DNA from: Candidatus Poribacteria bacterium
GTDB taxonomy: Bacteria; Poribacteria; WGA-4E; PCPOR2b
Reading direction: 5' to 3'
Length of the DNA: 64,000 nucleotides
Assembly (NCBI GenBank): GCA_965215015.1
Contig: OZ244042.1
Span: 4,704,001-4,768,000 of the forward strand
Part shown: positions 48,838-59,071 of the stretch, piece by piece
How positions within the stretch are numbered: position 1 is the first letter of the stretch
Layout of the letters: every line of letters begins with the position of its first letter
The notes under the pieces: generated by a model
Told to the model about the DNA's origin: nothing
Seen by the model: only the letters and a program-made list of their open reading frames with translations
Database searches by the model: none
Translations under genes and position numbers: made by a program

Positions 48838-50623
48838 CGCTAAGCCTGCCTTTCGGTGCAAACAAGCCTGCAGGCTTAAACTGGATGAATCCGACAATAA
48901 TAATTAGGAGTAAGATTTTTGCCCAAATTGCGCCGACCACCATAGACCCAATTCCTAACGGCTCAATCACCTTCGTCAACACACCAATCCCCAATCCGGC
49001 GCAGATAACGCCAATCAGTTCGCCCACACCTCCTGTGACCACAACCAGAAATGAATCAATGATGAAATTGGTCTGTCCCATGTTAGGTGTAACGCCGCCG
49101 ATAAGTGTCCACGCATAGCCCGCAACACCAGCAATCCCAGAACCAAAGGCAAAAGTATAACGGTCGACGCGCTGTGTGTTCACGCCCATGCTGTTTGCCA
49201 TATTCCGATTCTGCATGGTCGCCCGCATCCGCAACCCCAGCTGAGTATAATTCATTAGATAATAGATTAACAGTACGCACAAGCCACACAGCACGATAAT
49301 AAAACAGCGGCTGTAGGGAACGATGAGGTCTTGCACAACTTCAAACCCACCACGCGCCCAAGTCGGAGCGTTCACACCAATGTTGTCGCCGTATCGAACC
49401 CGCACCAGTTGAATCAGGAGGAGCCCAATCCCCCATGTTGCTAACAGTGACTCCAGCGAGCGTCGATACAGATGGCGAACGACTAAAATTTCAATGAGAT
49501 AGCCAACAAAAGCCGCTGCTAGAAATGCCACAGGTAATGCCGCAACATAATACCAGTCAGATGGATTGTCCGGCGTATGACCAAACAATCTTTGCATCTC
49601 AAAGGTCGCATAAGCCCCTATCATCATCAACTCACCGTGTGCCATATTGATAACACCCATCAGACCAAACGTAATCGCAAGTCCCAACGCCATGAGGATA
49701 AGAACGGATCCAAGTGAAAGCCCACGGAATATATTGCCGACACCCTCTACAAAACCTTGGTAGCTGTTGATTTGGTTAATTGCGTACTTATACGCAATCG
49801 CGTATTTATAGATACCCCTCGCCGCTTCATCAGCCGGTGCCATGTCCTCAATGTCTGTCCCTTCCTCAAAGTCTGGCAGAGCTTCAACCTCTACCATCAG
49901 TTTATCAAACATTTCCTGCAACCGGGGGAGTCCGCGCATACTTTTCATCTCCCCTAACTCGCGAATAATTTCAAGATGTTCCTGCGGATACTGTTCTAGA
50001 GAGGTCCGGCTCAGGCGAATGAGGAGTAGGCTTTCCTTGGCAATATATCGAATTTTCGTAACAGGGTCGTTTTGTGACATCTCCTCAAGTTGAGGAACAG
50101 CCGCAACAATTCCCGGTGGGTCCCCACACTTCTTAACACCCGACAGCCGAATCTCAGGATCTGGCGATGAAAGCCTAACGAGAAACTTTGCGCTGTTAGT
50201 GAGCTTGCGTTCTGCCCTCGACGGAGCAATTTCTTCCAATTCCTCCAGCGGAATTTGAGCCTGTTTTCCATCTGCATCCAGAATTAGTTCCGCAGTCAGT
50301 AAGTCTGAAAGGAGGCAGAATTCGTTGAAATTCTCGTCCTCGACAGTTTCTTTGCAAAGCACCACCTCTCCATTCCAGAGGTAGAGCTCACCCAATCGAT
50401 ACGACTCAAGGATTGCTTCCACGCGCAGATCACCGGACTGCGCCAGTGTCATGATAGCAGCTTTGCGACCTGCAGCATTTTCGCCAGCCAGTTTATGGAT
50501 TTCAGATTGGATAAATGCATCGTCTACTTCGGCAAGAGAAGAATATAGAATACCAATTATTTGTAAAAAGATAAGGGCAATGATTCTGAAGATTCTCGGC
50601 ATGGGACTATAGGAAGGGTTCAT
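48830..50623 (-). CDS. urtB: Urea ABC transporter permease with N-terminal periplasmic extension
   Basis: LGLAITFGLMGVINMAHGE, ESLLATWG, IDSFLVVV.GGVG, FIQ..P.GLFAPKGR. Confidence 0.93.
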   Translation of the reverse strand: MNPSYSPMPRIFRIIALIFLQIIGILYSSLAEVDDAFIQSEIHKLAGENAAGRKAAIMTLAQSGDLRVEAILESYRLGELYLWNGEVVLCKETVEDENFNEFCLLSDLLTAELILDADGKQAQIPLEELEEIAPSRAERKLTNSAKFLVRLSSPDPEIRLSGVKKCGDPPGIVAAVPQLEEMSQNDPVTKIRYIAKESLLLIRLSRTSLEQYPQEHLEIIRELGEMKSMRGLPRLQEMFDKLMVEVEALPDFEEGTDIEDMAPADEAARGIYKYAIAYKYAINQINSYQGFVEGVGNIFRGLSLGSVLILMALGLAITFGLMGVINMAHGELMMIGAYATFEMQRLFGHTPDNPSDWYYVAALPVAFLAAAFVGYLIEILVVRHLYRRSLESLLATWGIGLLLIQLVRVRYGDNIGVNAPTWARGGFEVVQDLIVPYSRCFIIVLCGLCVLLIYYLMNYTQLGLRMRATMQNRNMANSMGVNTQRVDRYTFAFGSGIAGVAGYAWTLIGGVTPNMGQTNFIIDSFLVVVTGGVGELIGVICAGLGIGVLTKVIEPLGIGSMVVGAIWAKILLLIIIVGFIQFKPAGLFAPKGRLSDV

Positions 50624-50748
50624 GGGTTCATTGTGTGAAACGTAAAGCGTGAAACGGAAAGATGGAGAAAGTGCATGTGGACGGATGAGGGAGCGTATCT
50701 TTCGCTCGCTCCCCCATTTCCATGTCTGATCGTTTTCCCGTCTGCCAA

Positions 50749-52035
50749 CTACATCCCAACTTTCTCCTTTGGACCGCCGGTCGGCGCAGGATAGTTGCCA
50801 TCCGGATGGAGATAGCTGCTGTAGGAATCCGGCGAAACCAGTCCGTCTGACTTGTAAATAATCTTGAACTGACCATTCTTCTTAATTTCGCCGATGTAAA
50901 CCGGTTTTAGTGTATGTTGGTTACTGGCGTGCATTATCTTCTTGCCACCGGGTGCGTCAAAATCCAATCCGTAGACGGCTTCTCGCACCTTATCAACATC
51001 AAAGGAGCCCGCTTTCTCAACTGCTGCCTTCCAGACGTAAACACCAAAGTATGCGGCTTCAATTGGATCGTCCGTGACACGTTTTGAACCGCCGGGCAGG
51101 TTATTTCGCTCACAAAACGTCTTGAAATTCTTCACAAACTTTTTGTTCTCTGGTGTATTAATACTTTGGAAATAATTCCAAGCGGCCAAGTGTCCCACGA
51201 GGGGGGGGACGTCCATGGCTCGTAGCTCATCTTCTGCAACAGAGAAAGCCATAATCGGGCAGTCATCGGAAGTCAACCCTTGGTTGGCGAATTCCTTGTA
51301 AAAAGGTACATTGCTGTCGCCATTAATTGTGGACAACACACAGGCATCGCCCCCGGCGGCGAATTTCTTAATTTTCCCGACGATGGTCTGATAGTCCTGA
51401 TGGTGGAACGGCGTATACTCTTCGACGATATTCTCATCCGGCACCCCCTTCGTCTTCAGGTAAGCTTTCAGCACCTTGTTTGCCGTGCGCGGGAAAACAT
51501 AGTCCGTTCCCAGCAGGTAGAACTTCTTGGAGCCGACCTCATCCATCATATACTCAGCCGCAGGAATCAACTGCTGGTTCGGGGTCGCGGCGGTATAGAA
51601 AACGTTAAGCGACTGTTCCTCGCCTTCGTACTGCACCGGGTAGAAAAGCAGAGAGTTATGCTCCTCAAAAACAGGGAGAACAGACTTCCGGCTCACAGAA
51701 GTCCAGCACCCAAAGACTACAGCAACCTCTTCCTTACTGATTAAATCCTTCGCTTTTTCAGCGAAAAGATCCCAGTCACTGGCAGGATCAACAACTACCG
51801 GTTTAATTAGCTTCCCCATTACCCCACCGGCAGCGTTAATTTCTTCAACCGCCATCAGAACAACGTCCTTGAGAGAGGTCTCAGAGATTGCCATCGTTCC
51901 ACTCAAAGAATGTAGCACACCAATTTTTACTTCATGATGCCCAGCATTTACCTCTTCAACACCGAGCATTCCAACAGCCAAAAGTAGCAAACCCATCGTA
52001 ACGATACCGTACAATTTGAATTTAGACCGAAACAT
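50749..52035 (-). CDS. urtA: Urea ABC transporter substrate-binding protein
   Basis: [41 protein letters not shown]. Confidence 0.96.
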   Translation of the reverse strand: MFRSKFKLYGIVTMGLLLLAVGMLGVEEVNAGHHEVKIGVLHSLSGTMAISETSLKDVVLMAVEEINAAGGVMGKLIKPVVVDPASDWDLFAEKAKDLISKEEVAVVFGCWTSVSRKSVLPVFEEHNSLLFYPVQYEGEEQSLNVFYTAATPNQQLIPAAEYMMDEVGSKKFYLLGTDYVFPRTANKVLKAYLKTKGVPDENIVEEYTPFHHQDYQTIVGKIKKFAAGGDACVLSTINGDSNVPFYKEFANQGLTSDDCPIMAFSVAEDELRAMDVPPLVGHLAAWNYFQSINTPENKKFVKNFKTFCERNNLPGGSKRVTDDPIEAAYFGVYVWKAAVEKAGSFDVDKVREAVYGLDFDAPGGKKIMHASNQHTLKPVYIGEIKKNGQFKIIYKSDGLVSPDSYSSYLHPDGNYPAPTGGPKEKVGM

Positions 52036-52076
52036 TGGATAACCTCCTTAAAAATTTGTGTTTATCAGCTTTTCAC

Positions 52077-53039
52077 TTAGAACGTAAAAAGGGATTCAAC
52101 TGCAATGATTGTCTCTTCGGCGTCAAGCCGCTGTTTAAATTCGGCGAGAAGTAACCAGTTGTCCGTCGCTGTATAAGAGGGACTAAACGTGAACTCCGTG
52201 GAGGTGTCTTCATTATCCGTACTGATACCACTGAAACGGAGCGTTACAGCAACCGGTGCTGAGATTATATCTGCCAGCGAAACATTGGCCATGCCCAAAA
52301 AGTGCACACCACTATTACCGTCTTCGCCCCAGTTCCCTAACAGGTCAAACTCTCCAGCGAGGGTTAACGGTCCCTGCGCGAATGACATCCACGCGTTGAG
52401 TTCAGTCTGTGTATAGTCGTCCATCGCATCCAAGGCATAGCCAACCTTTGCAGTAATCTGCTCAATTGGGGTCAATGCAAGCTGGGCTTCGATGCCAGGG
52501 GTTCCTGCATCCGTTTCGTTCACATCCCAAACGCTCGACACAAACGCAACGTAAAGTCCTGCCGCTTTCATGGGTTTCACATTAACTGCGACGCCGTTCT
52601 GATAACCCGGATAAGGGATACCTTCAGAAAAAGAGTACTGATAGAGACCTGTCGGCTCTGCCGCTTCAAAACCTAAAGAACTCAGGAAGCGTCCCGCAGT
52701 AATGCTCACACCGGGGAGCATATCTTTAGGAGCCGTGTACGTCACAAAACCCTGTTCCAATTTGATGCCTTGGTCCGAATCTGTGCTATCAATATCAACC
52801 TGTCCAGTAACTGAACCGTAGTTCAGATGAAAGTCCATCTCGAACTGGTCAAAGGATAGACCTGTTTCGGTCTCATCGCCCATAGTCGTTACGGTCGACA
52901 TGTCAAGAAAACCTGAGACCGATAAGTTGTCGTTCAGTTTAATCTCCGCAGAAGCGGAACCGAGCGCGAACATCAGCACCAACATAACAAAAAAACATAA
53001 CGACTGTATACCTCTAGTGTTTAACCTTGCTAAAATCAT
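52077..53039 (-). CDS. Outer-membrane porin (putative urea/amide uptake)
   Basis: Signal peptide, amphipathic beta strands, C-terminal Phe; first gene of the urt-ure run. Confidence 0.75.
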   Translation of the reverse strand: MILARLNTRGIQSLCFFVMLVLMFALGSASAEIKLNDNLSVSGFLDMSTVTTMGDETETGLSFDQFEMDFHLNYGSVTGQVDIDSTDSDQGIKLEQGFVTYTAPKDMLPGVSITAGRFLSSLGFEAAEPTGLYQYSFSEGIPYPGYQNGVAVNVKPMKAAGLYVAFVSSVWDVNETDAGTPGIEAQLALTPIEQITAKVGYALDAMDDYTQTELNAWMSFAQGPLTLAGEFDLLGNWGEDGNSGVHFLGMANVSLADIISAPVAVTLRFSGISTDNEDTSTEFTFSPSYTATDNWLLLAEFKQRLDAEETIIAVESLFTF

Positions 53040-53190
53040 CAATTAACCTCCATTTTTGAAATGATGTTGAAAGCGTGGGAAAGGATTTCGTCCGTACTTG
53101 CTTTCAACCAGTCTATTGCCGAATCGAACATCCCACTCTTAAAATGAGTGCCTTCGTCAACGACCTAAAAAGGATACGCTGATAAGCATT

Positions 53191-53207
53191 GGCAAAAAAG
53201 ATGCCAA
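53191..53207 (-). promoter_or_regulatory. Sigma54 (-24/-12) promoter
   Basis: Minus strand TTGGCATCTTTTTTGCC = GG-N10-GC with TTGC, about 150 bp upstream of the porin. Confidence 0.65.
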
Positions 53208-53337
53208 AGATTGACCGGGGTACTTTTTATTGGAAGAAAACCTGTGCAAGGTAAGAGGAAACGGCAGGTGGCTTAATCTTTTGAAATGATTAGTTTGGTG
53301 GGTTATTACTGAAAAGTTGACGCGGTTTTCACCAATT

Positions 53338-53377
53338 TGCTGAAAATTCAAGCAGCAAACCACCTAAATTTTAAGCA
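53338..53377. promoter_or_regulatory. Tandem NtrC-like enhancer sites
   Basis: TGCTGAAAATTCAAGCA and CACCTAAATTTTAAGCA 17-mers 130-170 bp upstream of the sigma54 motif. Confidence 0.4.
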
Positions 53378-53694
53378 GATGCCGCTATTCTCGTAGATCA
53401 AGATTCATATCTCGACAAAATACTGAAATCCGAAATTTCTGTAGGTTAAGTTGAACGAGAAACCTAACATCATCAGCTCAATGAACCAATCAACCTCGGG
53501 CCATTTACGCATCACGTTTACTATTCTGTAAATCCTTGAATCCTGAACAGCCTGATTCAGACAAGTGTTTCATCTCTATCAATTTCAACTTGACAAAGTA
53601 CCCTGATTTTGCTAGATTAAAGCCAGAATACCAGTCAAGCAGGCAGGAGAATTAGACACGCCCTACATTATTCATACCGAATTAGGAGGATATC

Positions 53695-54744
53695 ATGCCA
53701 ACCATTCCAGCTGAACAATTGCGAGAAATTGCCTCCCAACTCCTTCAGGGTGCAGGAGCTAGCGCGGAGGAAGCAGCAATCATCTCTCGGCACTCTATGG
53801 GTGCTAATCTAGCGGGCCACGACTCACACGGGATTATTGCTATTCCCGGCTATATCGATCGGATAAAACAGGGGCATATCGTACCGGGCGCTCCCTTCGA
53901 GATCGCCCGCGAAAGCAGTGTTACTACAGTTATCGACGGCAACTGGGGATTCGGATACGTGGTTTCCGAGCGGGCAATGCAGATCACCATAGATAAGGCA
54001 AAACAACACGGTGTTGCAGCCACCACGGTCTACCAGCAGAGCCACGTCGGACGGGTGGCAGACTACCCTATCATGGCAGCCCAAGCAGATCTTATCGGAC
54101 TGATGACCGCTGACTCCGGACGTACCAGCAAATCAGTGGCACCTTTCGGGGGCAGAGAAGCACGGCTTGGTACGAATCCCATCTGTATCGCAATGCCCAG
54201 CGATCTGGAGGGTGTCCTGTTCATAGATATGGCGACCAGTGCTGTCGCAGGCGGCAAAATCAGCGTGGCACGTGCGCGGGGTGTTGAAATTCCGGAGGGT
54301 TGGATTCTCGATAAGGAGGGCAATCAGACGACAGACCCTGAAGACTTGGGGCGTGGCGGTGTTCAACTCCCGTTGGGAGGGCCAGAGGGGCACAAGGGAT
54401 ACGGATTATCGGTGATGGTTGAAACTTTCTCTGGTATCCTTACCGGTCTCGGTTTCGGGCATGATCCGTCGGGCAAGCACAACGACGGCTGTTTCATGGC
54501 AGCTTTCAACGTTGATGCCTTCCGTCCCCTTGCAGAATTCAAGAAAGAGGTCGCAGACTTCGCCGCCTATCTGAAGAGCTGTCCACCAGCGACCGGCTTC
54601 ACAGAAGTATTCTATCCCGGCGAGTTAGAACATCTGCGAACCCAGCAGAAATTACTGGAAGGTATTTTCATTGAAGATGCTACATGGAATAGTCTTAAAT
54701 CTTTGGCAGAGGAATACGGCATCGCAGCCTCGCTCGGTTTCTAG
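53695..54744 (+). CDS. Ldh_2 family oxidoreductase
   Basis: GHDSHG, IDGNWGFG, HVGR, GTNPI, DMATS, GHKGYGL; upstream TTGACA-17-TAGATT. Confidence 0.9.
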   Translation: MPTIPAEQLREIASQLLQGAGASAEEAAIISRHSMGANLAGHDSHGIIAIPGYIDRIKQGHIVPGAPFEIARESSVTTVIDGNWGFGYVVSERAMQITIDKAKQHGVAATTVYQQSHVGRVADYPIMAAQADLIGLMTADSGRTSKSVAPFGGREARLGTNPICIAMPSDLEGVLFIDMATSAVAGGKISVARARGVEIPEGWILDKEGNQTTDPEDLGRGGVQLPLGGPEGHKGYGLSVMVETFSGILTGLGFGHDPSGKHNDGCFMAAFNVDAFRPLAEFKKEVADFAAYLKSCPPATGFTEVFYPGELEHLRTQQKLLEGIFIEDATWNSLKSLAEEYGIAASLGF

Positions 54745-55132
54745 TGTCCAATCCTAACCGAGTTTCCACTAAGAGCCCCGGTAGACTGACATCGTAAGCA
54801 ACCCGTAGGTCGAGATTCATATCTCGGCAAAATACCCGGTGTGTCGCGCAAGAATCATGGTTGATTGAAAACACCCGGGCTCTCGCGTAATGTTCCGGGC
54901 GGATTGAGCTAATCGTGGGGCGCAACAGTGTCTGGTATTCTATAGTGCAATGTTCTCGGTATTTTCGATTTTGGAAAATTGACCGACTCAACTCTGAGAC
55001 GGCTATAATAGGTTGGGTTGAACGGGAACCGTGAAACCTACCCAGCACCTTCTCCCACGTTCTGGAGGAGTGCAATGTATAGAGTCTACCAGCTCAATCA
55101 ACCAACATAATACCAATGCAGGTTAATTAACA

Positions 55133-55960
55133 CTACTCAGATTTAATTGCAGCGCAATCCGCAGCGATCCACTCCTTCCACTGCGTCTCATCTGGAGCCA
55201 GAAACCCGGAATTGCAGCGCGGCTGCAGCTGGGTATCAACCCCCAAAAGCCGCATCAACCGATAATCATCACGATCACGGGCTTCCGCAAGGAGGCGTTG
55301 TGTTAAGGGCCCGCTATGGTTATCGGTGTGCTTGAGCCATGTCGAATTGTAGTAAATACTAAAAAAGTAGCGTAAACCATCGGCTGTATTCGGTGTCCCT
55401 GAATGAATGAGATGGTTGTGCGTCACAACGACATCACCAGCCTTCATGTAAAGCAAAGTTTCATCTGGATGCGGCTTATTTCGATCCTCTATTTCTATCG
55501 TAATCGGCTGCCGATGCGATCCAACAATCAACCGCAACGGGCCGTATTCGTCCGTTAAGTCTTGTAAATAACTAATAGCGTTCGCAGCGAACGGACGCTC
55601 GTAGATATCCTTTTGCGGCACTTTTGCCCACCGATCTCGGTGCCAACCGGACGCACGACCTTCAGCTTGATCTTTAGGTACGCTTGGAAAAGCAGCAAGG
55701 GTGAGGTTATCAAGTTGCACAAACGGGCCCATCACCGACTCCAAAAAGTTAAGTATCGTTGGATGTTTCACCGCGGGCCACATTAACTTTGGTGCATATT
55801 CAAGCATGTTACCGAACCAAGTTTGTCCGTCATAATCCGCCATTAACTCCTGATGTCTCTCACGCCAACTCTGCATCTGCGCCTTGGTGAACAAACCCTC
55901 AAAGACGGTGAAACCATTTGCCTTATATTCTTCCAAACGCCGATCTAAATCTTTGGTCAT
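55133..55960 (-). CDS. PhyH-family dioxygenase
   Basis: WHRD, YLQDL...GPLR..VGSH, AGDVVV, IHSG. Confidence 0.88.
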   Translation of the reverse strand: MTKDLDRRLEEYKANGFTVFEGLFTKAQMQSWRERHQELMADYDGQTWFGNMLEYAPKLMWPAVKHPTILNFLESVMGPFVQLDNLTLAAFPSVPKDQAEGRASGWHRDRWAKVPQKDIYERPFAANAISYLQDLTDEYGPLRLIVGSHRQPITIEIEDRNKPHPDETLLYMKAGDVVVTHNHLIHSGTPNTADGLRYFFSIYYNSTWLKHTDNHSGPLTQRLLAEARDRDDYRLMRLLGVDTQLQPRCNSGFLAPDETQWKEWIAADCAAIKSE

Positions 55961-56233
55961 CGTTATCTTCTCCTCACTTATACATGTGCTATCCGTATCT
56001 AAGAAACAAACCCCTAAGAACTATTGAAGTCATCGCAACAGGAACCCACTTAAAAAAATAGGTTTCAGATTGGCGATAGATATGGTATACTGCCTCCCGC
56101 CAGAAATTGAATTTTGTGGCGGATATATCTCCTGACGCATTGGACAACTCACATCGCAATTTTATATAATGCTTAAGTATACCATGTTACGATTCCCAGA
56201 AACCACGCTTTTCAACGAAATTTGTTTACATAT

Positions 56234-56398
56234 GTAGGACTTACGCAGTTGAAGGCTCAAAGCCTTGTAGCTCGGCGATTGATCACCGATGGACACCGTT
56301 GCCAACGCCCGATGAATCGGGCAACTACAGCAAGAACTCCATAAGGAATCTGTAGGGCACACCGATCGGTGTGCCCTGCAGAAGTGCGTAACTCCTAC
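56234..56398. mobile_element. MITE-like element with GTAGGACTTACGCA / TGCGTAACTCCTAC ends enclosing GTAG-type REP hairpins
   Basis: Near-perfect 14-bp terminal inverted repeat; internal GTAGGGCACACCGATCGGTGTGCCC and GCCCGATGAATCGGGCAACTAC. Confidence 0.7.
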
Positions 56399-56423
56399 AC
56401 ATATTAAGGAGAATATACTGTAA

Positions 56424-57386
56424 ATGAAGATTTTGATCGGACCCAATCACATGAAACTCGAAGACGGGATCTCCGAATTTGAGAAAACATATCCTGACGT
56501 GGAATTTATCCACTGTGCTAAACCAGAAGATGTACCAAGACTTATCGCTGATGCCGACGTATACATCGGTTGGCTCAACCGTGATGTTTTCTTGGCTGCC
56601 AAAAACATCAAATGGATTCAGTCCCCCAGTTCTGGAGTTGACTATTTTGTCTCCATCCCCGAACTGGTGGAGAGCGACGTCCTGCTCACGAGCGCAAGTG
56701 GCACCCACGCTGCATGTGTCGCAGAAAGTGCTATTGCTATGATCCTCGCTTTTACCCGCGGTATCAGAGATTCTGTCTTGGCACAGCAGCAAAAGCAGTG
56801 GGCAATAGGTAAAATTCGCCCCAAGATGGTAGAGTTGACCAACAGCACGATGGGGATAATTGGGTTTGGAAATATTGGACGCGAGATTGCCAAGCGGGGA
56901 AGTGTCTTTGATATGCGAATCATCGCCGTAGACCTCTACCCCGGTGACAAACTAGACTACGTCAGTGAAGTGTGGGGCTTTGATCGACTAGATGACCTAT
57001 TACGCGAATCCGACTATGTGTTAATCGCCGTTCCCCGCACACCAGAGACGCGCGGCATGATCGGGGCAGAACAAATAGCACTGATGAAATCCACGGCGAT
57101 GCTAGTTCCTATGTCGCGGGGCGGCATCGTTGACGAAGCAGCGATGGCAACCGCGTTGCGTGAGGGACGGTTAGCTGCGGCAGCACTGGATGTCTTTGCA
57201 ACGGAGCCTCTGCCTGAAGACAGCGAACTGTGGGAAATGGAAAATGTATTAATCACGCCGCACGTTTCCGGCGGCACACAGTTTGAAGGGCAGCATGTTC
57301 TTGAAATCTTCGGCGAGAATATCGGGCACTTCGTGCGCGGAGAATTACCACTGCACAATCAAGTTGACAAAAGCGCCGGCTTCTAA
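56424..57386 (+). CDS. D-2-hydroxyacid dehydrogenase
   Basis: GIIGFGNIG, PRTPETRGMI, RGGIVDE, LDVF..EPL, ITPHVSG. Confidence 0.92.
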   Translation: MKILIGPNHMKLEDGISEFEKTYPDVEFIHCAKPEDVPRLIADADVYIGWLNRDVFLAAKNIKWIQSPSSGVDYFVSIPELVESDVLLTSASGTHAACVAESAIAMILAFTRGIRDSVLAQQQKQWAIGKIRPKMVELTNSTMGIIGFGNIGREIAKRGSVFDMRIIAVDLYPGDKLDYVSEVWGFDRLDDLLRESDYVLIAVPRTPETRGMIGAEQIALMKSTAMLVPMSRGGIVDEAAMATALREGRLAAAALDVFATEPLPEDSELWEMENVLITPHVSGGTQFEGQHVLEIFGENIGHFVRGELPLHNQVDKSAGF

Positions 57387-57398
57387 AAGGACACGCAG

Positions 57399-58394
57399 AT
57401 GCACAAACTAGGCGTCGGACTGATGGGCAGTGATGTCCATGTATCTGGATATATCAAGGGATTTACCGCTTGCCCTGATGTCGAATTAATCGGTATTGCC
57501 GACGATAGCGAAGACACAGCGCAAGACCTTTGTCGTCAAGGCCAAATGAAATATGCCACGACTAATTATCAGCAGCTGTTAGATGACAAAGAGATCCAGA
57601 TTGTCTTGGTTTGTACCCCAGATCTCTTTCACGCCGAACACGCTATCGCGGCACTTCAGGCCGGAAAGCATGTTCTATGTGAGAAACCAATGGCAGTCGA
57701 TATAGAAAGCTGTCGAAAATTGGTGCAAACAGTGGACGAAACCGGACTCACGTTTATGGCGAGTCAGTTTATGCGCTTTGAGCCCACTTACAAACGGATT
57801 AAGCAGATCTACGACGCTGAAGGGATTGGACGCGCCTTTTTCGTTGAAGGCAGCTATATCCACGATATGCACTCTTACTACAAACCGGTAACTTGGCGAT
57901 CCCATCCGCAGACTGCACAGAACATCCTGATCGGGGGCGGCTGCCATCCCTTCGATCTGCTCCGGTGGACGATTGGGGTTGACATTACAGAAGTCCACGC
58001 CTATTCCAACGGGTACGCCGCTCAAGATTTTCCCCTCGATGACTGTTACATCTTTACCTTTCAGTTTGAGAATAGCTGTATCGGCAAAGTGCTCGTTACC
58101 AGTGGATGTAGAGGTCGTGGGATGGGCGAAGGCTTCCTCTCCATCTATGGCACGGAAGGAACGATCTGGAAAAACCATATCCACCATAGCGATGGTCGGA
58201 CGGAAGAAATTATCGCAGACACTGGAGATGCAATTCAGGAAGCAGTTTCTCATTTCGTTGACTGCGTGATCAATGGGGCACAACCATTGATTGATGTGCG
58301 AGAAGGGGCGAAAACTGTTTCAGGCTTAGTCGCAGGTGTAGAGTCTGCAGAAACAGGGAAGCCAGTAAAGGTCATCAACCAGTTCTATGAATAG
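57399..58394 (+). CDS. Gfo/Idh/MocA oxidoreductase
   Basis: TPDLFH, GKHVLCEKPMA, GGCHPFD. Confidence 0.92.
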   Translation: MHKLGVGLMGSDVHVSGYIKGFTACPDVELIGIADDSEDTAQDLCRQGQMKYATTNYQQLLDDKEIQIVLVCTPDLFHAEHAIAALQAGKHVLCEKPMAVDIESCRKLVQTVDETGLTFMASQFMRFEPTYKRIKQIYDAEGIGRAFFVEGSYIHDMHSYYKPVTWRSHPQTAQNILIGGGCHPFDLLRWTIGVDITEVHAYSNGYAAQDFPLDDCYIFTFQFENSCIGKVLVTSGCRGRGMGEGFLSIYGTEGTIWKNHIHHSDGRTEEIIADTGDAIQEAVSHFVDCVINGAQPLIDVREGAKTVSGLVAGVESAETGKPVKVINQFYE

Positions 58395-58486
58395 TGAGTG
58401 TAGTTTGTAGGGAACGGAGATTTCCGTTCCGTTTCTTCTTACGTATGTAAGTGTTACGTATTATTCTTCATTAGCCTTAGTTACTT

Positions 58487-58960
58487 GAGGAGTGCTCATA
58501 AGTATTGTCTGAATCATGGATTAAACTGGTGGTACGGATTGAGAAACGATTGAACGTTCGGGAAAATCTGTCGGATCGTGTGAATAGCAATTCGCGTGGA
58601 TTCATGGTTGAAAAACGCCTCCGTAAATCTCCACCAATCAATAGAAATAAAAAAAGCGTTGAGTCGCGGATTTAGCGGAGGACGCAGATAGGGACAAACG
58701 TGCAATGAATTGGACTACTATGGACAGGGTGATTTATGTGAGGAGGGCTCATCAGTCAGATTACGCGCGGACGACCGACGGGTATGGAGATCAGTGGTCG
58801 ATGGGGCAAGATGACGCACCTATGGAGTCGGGAGTGTTCTGTTTTTTCCAATTATAGTTGGGAGCTTAATGGAAGTTGAGTGTTAGCCGAGCCATAGGCC
58901 ATAACAGTTGTGGGGTTTACAGCACGATAGATCATGTCTACTACTTTATGAGTACCCCTC
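58487..58960. mobile_element. MITE, same family as 44068-44391
   Basis: GAGGAGTGCTCATAA...TTATGAGTACCCCTC; flanks AGTTACTT / AGTTGCTT; shared interior plus extra sequence. Confidence 0.82.
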
Positions 58961-59071
58961 AGTTGCTTTGAACCCTAATTTTATGGGACGGATATAATAA
59001 TAAAAAAACTCTGTGCGCTCTGCACCTCTGCGGTGGATTTAACATAAAAATTATATCGAATAAAAAAAACT

